DNA of 64,000 nucleotides, from positions 3,360,001-3,424,000 of the forward strand of contig OY969934.1 in NCBI GenBank assembly GCA_963704725.1. The letters run 5' to 3'. Positions 9,776-17,492 of this stretch are shown one piece after another. A program made the translations under genes and the position numbers. The notes beneath the pieces were generated by a model, which made no database searches, was not told where the DNA came from, and saw only the letters and a list, made by a program, of their open reading frames with translations. The DNA is from an uncultured Actinomycetes bacterium. GTDB taxonomy: Bacteria; Actinomycetota; UBA4738; HRBIN12. Every line of letters starts with the position of its first letter. The stretch's first letter is position 1.

Positions 9776-9852
9776 TGGAGCCGGAGCGGGGATTCGAACC
9801 CCGGACCTACCACTTACGAGGCGGTTGCTCTGCCAGGCTGAGCTACTCCGGC
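9776..9852 (-). tRNA. tRNA-Thr (anticodon CGT)
   Basis: Reverse complement GCCGGAGTAGCTCAGCCTGGCAGAGCAACCGCCTCGTAAGTGGTAGGTCCGGGGTTCGAATCCCCGCTCCGGCTCCA: full cloverleaf, TTCGAAT T-loop, encoded CCA. Confidence 0.97.
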
Positions 9853-9957
9853 GGTGCAGGCGAGTGTACCCAACGCCATCCGAGGTGCTTCCACCCGCGC
9901 CGTCCGGGTGGTGTCACGGCTGCCGGCCCACGACCCCTCTGCCATGATGCGGCGGTC

Positions 9958-12066
9958 ATGGCCGGGGGCAACGGGAGCCGAGGCGCGGCCGGGGTCGGGC
10001 GAGTCATGGTCGCGACCGACCGCTCCGAGACCGCCGATCGCGCCGTCCGCTGGGCCGCCGCGTTCGCGAACCGCTACGAGGCCGAGCTGCTCCTGCTCCA
10101 GGTCGTCCTGCCGCAGAACCCCGGCGCGACCGAGGGCGGGCAGGCCGAGGCCACCCGGGCGACCTTCGCCTCGGAGGAGCTGCGGCAGTTCGCGCAGGAG
10201 CTCGCCGGGACGCGAGGAAGGGCGCGCGTGGTCATGGACGACGACCCGGCCCGCGCGATCCTGCAGGTCGCGGAGGAGGCCGACGTCGACACGCTCGTCG
10301 TCGGCAACGCCGGCATGAGCGGACGCAAGGAGTTCCTCCTCGGCAACGTGCCGAACCGCATCAGCCACAACGCGCGCTGCACCGTGATCATCGTGAACAC
10401 GGCGCTGCTCGAGCCGGACGGCACCCAGCGCGCGCCGTCGATGCCGGGGACGGGCCGCCTCCCCCACGCGGTCGAGGCCGAGCCCGAACCCCACCTGGTG
10501 GGCCGCGCCACCCGCATCGGCTCGGTGATGGCCCGGCACGGCCTGAAGGAGCTGTTCACCAAGAGCGACCCCGACACCCACGCCAACCGGCGGCGCCAGG
10601 CGGAGCGACTCCGCGCCGGGATGGAGGAGCTCGGCCCCACGTTCGCCAAGCTGGGGCAGATCCTGTCCACCCGGCCCGACCTCATGTCGGCCGAGTTCAT
10701 CGAGGAGCTGGCCACCCTGCAGGACAGCGTGCCCCCGCTGTCCGAGTCGCAGGTGGTGGCGGTCATGGAGGAGGAGCTCGGCGTCCCGTGGGAGGACGTG
10801 TTCGAGTCGATCGAGCCCACGCCCATGGCGGCCGGGACGATCGCCGAGGTCCACCGGGCCACGCTCGCCGACGGCAGCCGCGTCGTCGTGAAGGTGCAGC
10901 GCCCCACGGCCCGCGAAGACATCATGCAGGACCTCGCGCTCCTCAAGCTCTTCGCGGAGAAGACCGAGTCGCGCCCGGCCTTCCGCCAGGTGATCGACAT
11001 GCCCGCGGTGTTCGAGCACCTGTCCGACTCGCTGCGGCGGGAGCTCGATTTCCGCCAGGAGGCCGGGAACATCGACCGCATGCGCGAGATCCTCCAGCCC
11101 TACCCGCGCCTGGACGCCCCCGCCGTCTACCACGACCTGTCGTCGGCTCGGCTCCTAGTGATGGAGGAGATCCAGGGCGCGCCGATCCGCATGGCGCCGC
11201 CCGGCAAGGAGCGCACGGAGGCGGCCCGCCAGCTGCTCGAGTCCTACTACGCGCAGATCCTCAGCGAGGGCTTCTTCCACGCCGACCCGCATCCCGGCAA
11301 CCTGATGTGGTGGAACGACAGGATCTACTTCCTCGACTTCGGGATGGTCGGCCAGCTCGGTCCGGAGATCCGCGAGAACCTCATGCTCCTGCTGATGGCG
11401 TTCTGGCAGGAGGACGTCCAGTTCCTGACCGACGTCACCTTGATGCTCGCCGGCGGATCGGAGCGGGCGGACCTCGACGTCCGCGCCTTCCAGGAGGAGC
11501 TGGGCGGCGTGATGGCCAAGTACCGCAACGTCTCCCTGCGCGAGATCCAGCTCGGTCCGATCCTGCAGGAGATCACCGAGATCTCGATCCGCCACGACGT
11601 CCCGCTGCCGGCGCAGCTCGCATTGACGGGCAAGGCCATGGCGCAGATGCAGCTCGCGACGGCCGAGCTCGACCCCGAGCTCGACCCGTTCGAGGTGGCC
11701 GGCTCGTACCTGATGCGCGGCGTGACGCGCCGCATGGTGGAGCGGGTCGATCCGAAGAAGCTGTTCTACGAGGCGCAGAAGGTGAAGGTGCGCCTGTCGC
11801 GCATCGCCGAGGCGTTCGAGCGCCTGGCCGGTGCCCGCCCCGGTCCCAAGCTGCAGGTGAACTTCACCGCAGAGCGGCTCGAGGACACCGTGCGGCGAGT
11901 GGGACGGCGGCTGGCGGTCGGCATCATGGCCGGCTCGGCGCTGCTCGGAACGGCGATCTCCGCCGCCTCCGACCGCGTCGCCGCGTGGGTCCCGGTGACG
12001 CTCGGCGTGGTCGGCGCGGGGTTCACGCTGCTGCTGATCGGGGATCTGCTCCGGAGGAAGCGGTAG
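9958..12066 (+). CDS. Universal stress protein domain fused to an ABC1/UbiB (AarF) atypical kinase with C-terminal TM hairpin
   Basis: USP: VMVATDRSETADRAV...LVVGNAGMSG...LLGNVPNRISHNARCTVIIV; ABC1: GPTFAKLGQILSTRPD, AAGTIAEVH, VVKVQRP, ELDF, FFHADPHPGN, LDFG. Confidence 0.9.
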   Translation: MAGGNGSRGAAGVGRVMVATDRSETADRAVRWAAAFANRYEAELLLLQVVLPQNPGATEGGQAEATRATFASEELRQFAQELAGTRGRARVVMDDDPARAILQVAEEADVDTLVVGNAGMSGRKEFLLGNVPNRISHNARCTVIIVNTALLEPDGTQRAPSMPGTGRLPHAVEAEPEPHLVGRATRIGSVMARHGLKELFTKSDPDTHANRRRQAERLRAGMEELGPTFAKLGQILSTRPDLMSAEFIEELATLQDSVPPLSESQVVAVMEEELGVPWEDVFESIEPTPMAAGTIAEVHRATLADGSRVVVKVQRPTAREDIMQDLALLKLFAEKTESRPAFRQVIDMPAVFEHLSDSLRRELDFRQEAGNIDRMREILQPYPRLDAPAVYHDLSSARLLVMEEIQGAPIRMAPPGKERTEAARQLLESYYAQILSEGFFHADPHPGNLMWWNDRIYFLDFGMVGQLGPEIRENLMLLLMAFWQEDVQFLTDVTLMLAGGSERADLDVRAFQEELGGVMAKYRNVSLREIQLGPILQEITEISIRHDVPLPAQLALTGKAMAQMQLATAELDPELDPFEVAGSYLMRGVTRRMVERVDPKKLFYEAQKVKVRLSRIAEAFERLAGARPGPKLQVNFTAERLEDTVRRVGRRLAVGIMAGSALLGTAISAASDRVAAWVPVTLGVVGAGFTLLLIGDLLRRKR

Positions 12067-12067
12067 G

Positions 12068-12244
12068 TCAGGCCGAGGGACGCCGTAGCTCGCTGGTCGT
12101 CTGATCGGCGATCGGGGTCCTCGGCGGGGCCTGCCCTCGCCGACGGATCGCCTTCAGCACCCGCCGCTCGATGATCCACGCCGCGACGCCGAACACCAGA
12201 CCGAGCACGAAGCGCTCGAACCGCCGCACCGCGCCGCGCGCCAT
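12068..12244 (-). CDS. Small membrane protein (58 aa)
   Basis: MARGAVRRFERFVLGLVFGVAAWIIERRVLKAIRR; ATG overlaps the kinase stop (TGATG). Confidence 0.6.
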   Translation of the reverse strand: MARGAVRRFERFVLGLVFGVAAWIIERRVLKAIRRRGQAPPRTPIADQTTSELRRPSA

Positions 12245-14352
12245 CAAGCCGCCCCGACCGGGATCCGCCCCACGACCGACGTGCCTGCGTGCGGGGCGCT
12301 TCGGATCTCCACCTCGCCGTCGAGCGCCGCGACGCGGTCGGCGATGCCCTGGAGCCCGGTGCCGTGGCCGGCGCTTGCCGGATCGAATCCGACGCCGTCG
12401 TCGACGACCTCGAAGCGCAGGTGCCCGTCGTCGGCGCCGAGCCTGACGGCGACGCTCGTGGCGTCGGCGTACTTCGCTGCGTTCTGGAGCGCCTCCAGCA
12501 CGGAGAAGTACACGGCCGCCTCCACCTCCTGCGGGTACCGGACCACGCCGCCGGCCGAGACCTCGACGGGCAGGGCCGACTTGCGAGCCTGGGCCTCGAG
12601 CGCCGCGGCGAGCCCCCGGTCCGCCAGCAGCGGCGGGTAGATGCCGCGGGCCAGATCGCGCAGGTCGTCCAGGGTCTCGGTGGTGCGCGCCTGGAGATCG
12701 GCGAGCATCCCCGCCGCTCGGTCGGGGTCCGTGCCCACGAGCGACTGCGCCAGCCGGATCTGGACCGACATCGCGACGAGCTGCTGTTGCGCGCCGTCGT
12801 GGATGTTGCGCTCCAGCCGCCGGCGCTCCGCGTCCTGGGCCCTGACGAGCCGCTTCTGCGCCGCCTTGAGCTCGTCCAGCCGCTCGAGCAGCTCCTGCGT
12901 GAGCCGCACGTTGCGCAGGACCAGGCCGGCCTGGGCAGCCAGGTCCGAGACGAGCTTGGACTTCGCCTCGTCCAGGGGATCTGCGAGCGACATGGCGACG
13001 GCGAGCGCCCCGAGCAGCTCGCCGCGGTGCTCGACGGCGAACGCCGCGTCCGCGCCGGGCAGCGGCGGGAGCGCACCGCCGTTCAGCGAGACGGCCTCGG
13101 GCGGGTCGGCGCCCGCGGGCCAGGCCGCCGCGACGCGCAGGCGGCCGTCGTGCTCGAGCCACACCTGCGCCGAGGTCGCGCCGACGCCCTCGGCCACGAT
13201 GCGCGCCATCCGCGGGAGCACGTCGTCGGCCGCGTACGTCCCGCCCACGCGCTCCGAGAACTCCGAAAGCACCTCATAAGGGGTCGCGCGCCTCCCGTAC
13301 ACGATCCGGTCCGCGATGCGCCGGGCCCGGCCGAGCGCCGGCTGGAACAGCGCGGCGACGACGGCCGCCGCGGCGAACGAGAGCGCCGTCGTGCTGCGCG
13401 TCTGCACGAGCGCCCCGATCCCGCCGACGATCGCCGCGTAGACGGCCGTGAAGAACGCGGCGATGCTTGCGACCACGACGGCCTTGCGGACCACGAGGTC
13501 GATGTCGTACAGGCGGTACCGCAACACAGCGATGCCGATCGAGATCGGCAGGAGCGCGAAGAGGACGATCGAGATCGCCTGGAGCCACCCAACCCAGTTG
13601 CCGCCCTCCGCCCACCCGGCCGCCGAGGAGGCCGAGGCCACCATCGTCACGGCGTAGACGACGGCCACGACGGCGGCCGCGCTGGCGAGCCACCGGATCT
13701 GCAAACGCTCGGTGGGGCCGCTGCGCCGGAAGCGCACGACGAGCGCGGCGGCCGAGCCCAGGATCCCCAGCGGGATCGTGGCGATCGCGGCGAGCACGAC
13801 CGGGAGGAGCGGACGGAGGGCCTCGATCCCGTACGGGTTCGGAACGTTCGGGAAGCCGCTGTCCCCGAGATCCCCGGGTCCGAACAGGATCCCCAGCGAC
13901 GAGAGGACCATCCCGACCCCGATCGTCCAGGCGAACCACCGCCACCGCGGGGACGGCAGGTGCCCGTCGGGGAACAGCAGCAGCACGAACGTCCCGGCCA
14001 GCCCGATCACGGGGATCCACGTCCACGAGGTCGCCGCGAGCGCCCAGTCGCCCCCGGGACGACCGGTGTGGAGCGCCCACATGCCGTACGACTCCGCCGG
14101 GACGAACGCGGCGACGCCGATGGCCAGCATCAACCACCCGAGCGCGTTGTCCGGACGACGCGTCGCAAGGACCACGCCGACGATCGGGAAGAGCACGAAC
14201 GACCCGAGGAACGCGAAGTCGCCGACGCTCCCCGGGGCCCGGCCCCAGTCGAGCACACCGAAGACCACCTCGGCCACGAGCTCGACCAGAACGAGCGCGA
14301 AGACCGCACGGGCCAGTCCTCGCCTCCCGGTCTCGGTCACGAGATCGCTCAC
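12244..14352 (-). CDS. Multi-TM GAF-like sensor histidine kinase (HisKA_3)
   Basis: Many TMs, ERRRLERNIHDGAQQQL, EALQNAAKYA, DDGVGFD, GLQGIADRV; overlaps the upstream cyclase stop (GTGA). Confidence 0.92.
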   Translation of the reverse strand: MSDLVTETGRRGLARAVFALVLVELVAEVVFGVLDWGRAPGSVGDFAFLGSFVLFPIVGVVLATRRPDNALGWLMLAIGVAAFVPAESYGMWALHTGRPGGDWALAATSWTWIPVIGLAGTFVLLLFPDGHLPSPRWRWFAWTIGVGMVLSSLGILFGPGDLGDSGFPNVPNPYGIEALRPLLPVVLAAIATIPLGILGSAAALVVRFRRSGPTERLQIRWLASAAAVVAVVYAVTMVASASSAAGWAEGGNWVGWLQAISIVLFALLPISIGIAVLRYRLYDIDLVVRKAVVVASIAAFFTAVYAAIVGGIGALVQTRSTTALSFAAAAVVAALFQPALGRARRIADRIVYGRRATPYEVLSEFSERVGGTYAADDVLPRMARIVAEGVGATSAQVWLEHDGRLRVAAAWPAGADPPEAVSLNGGALPPLPGADAAFAVEHRGELLGALAVAMSLADPLDEAKSKLVSDLAAQAGLVLRNVRLTQELLERLDELKAAQKRLVRAQDAERRRLERNIHDGAQQQLVAMSVQIRLAQSLVGTDPDRAAGMLADLQARTTETLDDLRDLARGIYPPLLADRGLAAALEAQARKSALPVEVSAGGVVRYPQEVEAAVYFSVLEALQNAAKYADATSVAVRLGADDGHLRFEVVDDGVGFDPASAGHGTGLQGIADRVAALDGEVEIRSAPHAGTSVVGRIPVGAA

Positions 14353-15629
14353 ACCCCTGCGAGCACCCGGAAGACGTCCACCGACTCCGCGCGTCCCTTC
14401 ACCCGGCGCGGTCCGATGGGCTCCGCCGAGATGCCAGGCGCCGCGGCGACCGTCGCGGCGGTCGCCACGACCTCACCGCCCTCCGCCTCGGACTGGAGTC
14501 GCTGGGCCACGTTCACGGCATCGCCGATCACCGTGTACTCGAGCCGGCCGCCGCCGCCCACGGCTCCGGCGATGACCTTGCCGGTGTTCACCCCGACCCC
14601 GATGTGCAGGCCGTCCACCGCCCCCGGTCCCCAGCCCTCGGCGTTGAGCTCGGCCTGTCGCCCCTGCATCGCCAGCGCGCACCGCAGCGCCCGCTCGGCG
14701 TGGTCGGGCAAGGGGTCGGGCGCGCCGAACACCGCCATCACGGCGTCGCCCTGGAACTTGTCGACCATGCCGCCGTGCTCGACCACTATCTCGGCCATCG
14801 CCGAGAGGTGCCGCCCCACGATCTCGGCGATCTCGGCCGCGGACAGCCGCTCCGCCATCGTGGAGAACCCCCGGATGTCGCTGAACAGGACCGTGACCTC
14901 GAGCTCCTCACGCGAGACCTCGCCCCTCGCGAGCTTCTCGGCGACTCGGGCCGGGACGTACGAGGAGAGCGTCGCGGCGGCGGTCTGCTTGGCGACGACG
15001 GCTGCGTGGAGCCGCTTCATCTCGTCGACGGCGCTCGCGTCGCCGGAGCCGGCGCCGGCGGCCATCCGCGTGAACAGCTCGGTCACGCGCCGGTCCACCG
15101 CCTCCTGGGTGGTGGTCAGTCGGTCGGCCATCTCCGCGTATCCGAGCCCCTGCGACATCAGCTCGAGGAGCTCGCGATCGTGCTCGCCGGTCTCGCGTCG
15201 CCCGGACAGGCGCTCGGCGATCGCCGGATCGACGACGCTGCCGCCCGAGGCGACCTCCCGGATCGCCCGCACGAGCTCGTCGCCCTGCGCGATCCGGTCC
15301 TTCAAGAGATACCCGAGCCCGCTCTGGCCCCTTCCCAGGAGCGCGATCGCGTAGGCCTCCTCGTCGTGGGCGGACAGGACGACCACGCCGGTCCCGGGGT
15401 GCTTCTCCCGGATCGCGTGCGCGCAGTCGATGCCCTCCAGCTGGAAGTTGGGCGGCATCTTGATGTCGGTCACGACGACGTCCGGCCGGTGCTCCTCCGC
15501 CGCCTCGAGCAGCGCCGGGCCGTCGGCGGCCACCGCGACGACCTCGATGTCGTCGTACGAGTCGAGCAGCGCCCGGACGCCCTCGCGGACGAGCACGTTG
15601 TCCTCGCCGAGCACGACCCGAAGCGTCAT
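14349..15629 (-). CDS. Response regulator (REC + degenerate LuxR HTH) fused to a class III adenylate cyclase
   Basis: REC: GEDN, TDIKMP, GYLLK; HTH-like DRELLELMSQGLGYAEMADRL; cyclase: FSDIRGFS, DKFQGDAVM, EYTVIGDAVNVAQRL. Confidence 0.9.
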   Translation of the reverse strand: MTLRVVLGEDNVLVREGVRALLDSYDDIEVVAVAADGPALLEAAEEHRPDVVVTDIKMPPNFQLEGIDCAHAIREKHPGTGVVVLSAHDEEAYAIALLGRGQSGLGYLLKDRIAQGDELVRAIREVASGGSVVDPAIAERLSGRRETGEHDRELLELMSQGLGYAEMADRLTTTQEAVDRRVTELFTRMAAGAGSGDASAVDEMKRLHAAVVAKQTAAATLSSYVPARVAEKLARGEVSREELEVTVLFSDIRGFSTMAERLSAAEIAEIVGRHLSAMAEIVVEHGGMVDKFQGDAVMAVFGAPDPLPDHAERALRCALAMQGRQAELNAEGWGPGAVDGLHIGVGVNTGKVIAGAVGGGGRLEYTVIGDAVNVAQRLQSEAEGGEVVATAATVAAAPGISAEPIGPRRVKGRAESVDVFRVLAGV

Positions 15630-15661
15630 GGCCCCCCCACCGTCGCGTGTACCATCCGCGC

Positions 15662-16333
15662 ATGGTCCGCGTGGTCTTCGCGGAGGATAACTACCTCGTG
15701 CGCGAGGGGACGGCCGCGCTCCTGCAGAGCTCCGACGAGGTCGAGCTCGTCGGCACGGCGGCCTCCCTCGACGAGCTCCTGACCGCCGTCGAGGAGCTGA
15801 AGCCCGAGGCCGTGCTCACCGACATCCGCATGCCCCCCACGAACACCACCGAGGGGATCGACGCAGCTCGGCAGATCCGCGTGGAACACCCCGAGATCGG
15901 CGTCGTCGTCCTGTCGCAGTACGCCGAGGAGGAGTACGCCTACGACCTGCTGAAGGACGGCGCCGCCGGGCTCGGCTACCTGCTCAAGGAGCGCGTCAGC
16001 GACCTCGACGAGGTCGTCCGAGCGCTGACCGAGGTCTCCAAGGGCGGCTCGGTCCTGGACTCCAAGGTGGTGGAGGCGCTCGTTTCGGCGAAGGACCGCA
16101 TGGCGCACTCGCCCCTTTCGCTCCTGACCGACCGCGAGCGCGAGGTCCTCGAGCATATGGCCCAGGGCCAGAACAACGCCGCGATCGCCAAGTCGCTGTT
16201 CCTCACCGAGCGTGCCGTCGAGAAGCACATCAACTCCCTGTTCCACAAGCTCGGGCTCTCGGAGGAGGTCGACGTGCATCGCCGCGTCAAGGCGGTGCTC
16301 GCGTTCCTCCGAGACCGCGAGCCGGCGAACTGA
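15662..16333 (+). CDS. NarL/LuxR-family DNA-binding response regulator
   Basis: AEDNYLVREG, TDIRMPP, LTDREREVLEHMAQGQNNAAIA; ATG 6 nt after TACCAT. Confidence 0.95.
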   Translation: MVRVVFAEDNYLVREGTAALLQSSDEVELVGTAASLDELLTAVEELKPEAVLTDIRMPPTNTTEGIDAARQIRVEHPEIGVVVLSQYAEEEYAYDLLKDGAAGLGYLLKERVSDLDEVVRALTEVSKGGSVLDSKVVEALVSAKDRMAHSPLSLLTDREREVLEHMAQGQNNAAIAKSLFLTERAVEKHINSLFHKLGLSEEVDVHRRVKAVLAFLRDREPAN

Positions 16334-16360
16334 GCCCGACGCAAGCGGAGGGAGGAACGG

Positions 16361-16747
16361 ATGGGGGGCCGAGAGGTCGTCGAGCGGCTGGTCGAGGTGA
16401 TCAACGACAAGCGCATCGACCTGATGGACGAGGTCTTCCACGAGGACGCCGTGATGGACTGGCCGCAGTCGGGCGAACGGGTCGTCGGAGGAGACAACCG
16501 CCGAGGGGTATACCACGCGTTCCCCACCCTGCCCAGGATCACCCCCCGGCGGATCCTCGGCGAGGGCGACCTGTGGATCGCCGAGGCGACGCTCGACTAC
16601 GGCGGCGGAGCCGTCTACCAGACCGTCTTCATCTTCGAGATGCGGGACGGGAAGATCGCGAGGGAGACGGCGTACTGGTCCGAGCCGTTCGACGCGCCCG
16701 AGTGGCGGGCACCGTGGGTCGAGCGGTTCGAGCCCGGGCGCGGCTGA
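16361..16747 (+). CDS. SnoaL-like/NTF2-family protein
   Basis: FHEDAVMDWPQSGERVVG...FEMRDGKIARETAYW; SD ggaggagg. Confidence 0.88.
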   Translation: MGGREVVERLVEVINDKRIDLMDEVFHEDAVMDWPQSGERVVGGDNRRGVYHAFPTLPRITPRRILGEGDLWIAEATLDYGGGAVYQTVFIFEMRDGKIARETAYWSEPFDAPEWRAPWVERFEPGRG

Positions 16748-16776
16748 GCGGATCCGGCTCGGCCGCCCGAGGTTCC

Positions 16777-17184
16777 TCACTGCGCCGCCCGGGTGTCCAC
16801 GATGAACACCGAGCACGGCGCGTGCCGAAGCACCAGGTTGGGCACGCTGTCCCGAACCCGCCACCACGATCCGTGCGTGCCCCGGTTGCCGACCACGATG
16901 GTGTCGACCCGCTCACGCTCCGCGACGTCGACGAGCCGATCCGCCGCCTCGCCGGACTCGCTCCAGGTGCGGACGGCCACGGCCGGGAAGCGCCCGGTCA
17001 TCCCGGAGAGGTACCGATCGGGGTCGGCCGACTTCTTCGGGTCGGCGGCGTCCCGCGTCGCCTCGGCGGCGCGCACGTGTACGACGAGAAGCTCCGCGTC
17101 GCCGGCCCGTGCGAGGTCCGCGGCCGCCTGCACGGCCAGGTCGGCGGCCGCCGTGGTGTCGGTTCCGACCAGGATCTTCTTCAT
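16777..17184 (-). CDS. Stand-alone universal stress protein
   Basis: MKKILVGTDT...IVVGNRGTHG...SVPNLVLRHAPCSVFIV; SD aaggagg. Confidence 0.92.
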   Translation of the reverse strand: MKKILVGTDTTAAADLAVQAAADLARAGDAELLVVHVRAAEATRDAADPKKSADPDRYLSGMTGRFPAVAVRTWSESGEAADRLVDVAERERVDTIVVGNRGTHGSWWRVRDSVPNLVLRHAPCSVFIVDTRAAQ

Positions 17185-17492
17185 CGGTGAGCCTCCTTCG
17201 AGGGATGACCCGACGGTAGGCCTCGCCGGGCTCCGACGCGACCGCATACCCACCACAAGCCGGTGGGGATGCCAGCACCCCGCGATGGGGAGGGAAAGGC
17301 CCTCGCCGTCGTGGCCGCCACCCTCTTGGACCCCCGCTCGGAGCGTGACAGCATCGCCCGCATGAGGCGGGGGAGGGTGCGGGCACTGGCCGGGGGGACG
17401 TTCTTCGTCTCCGTGCTGCTGTCGGCCGGCGCGGCGGCACCGGGCAAGGGGGCCGTCGTCCGCGTTCGCGCGCCTGCAGGGGAGCGCTCGGC

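Larger units (their letters stand above)
3788..9823. mobile_element. Degenerate genomic island (about 6 kb) integrated at tRNA-Thr; no integrase seen
   Basis: Flanked by tRNA 3'-end direct repeats on the 3' side of the intact tRNA; contains orphan-like genes and frameshifted remnants. Confidence 0.75.
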
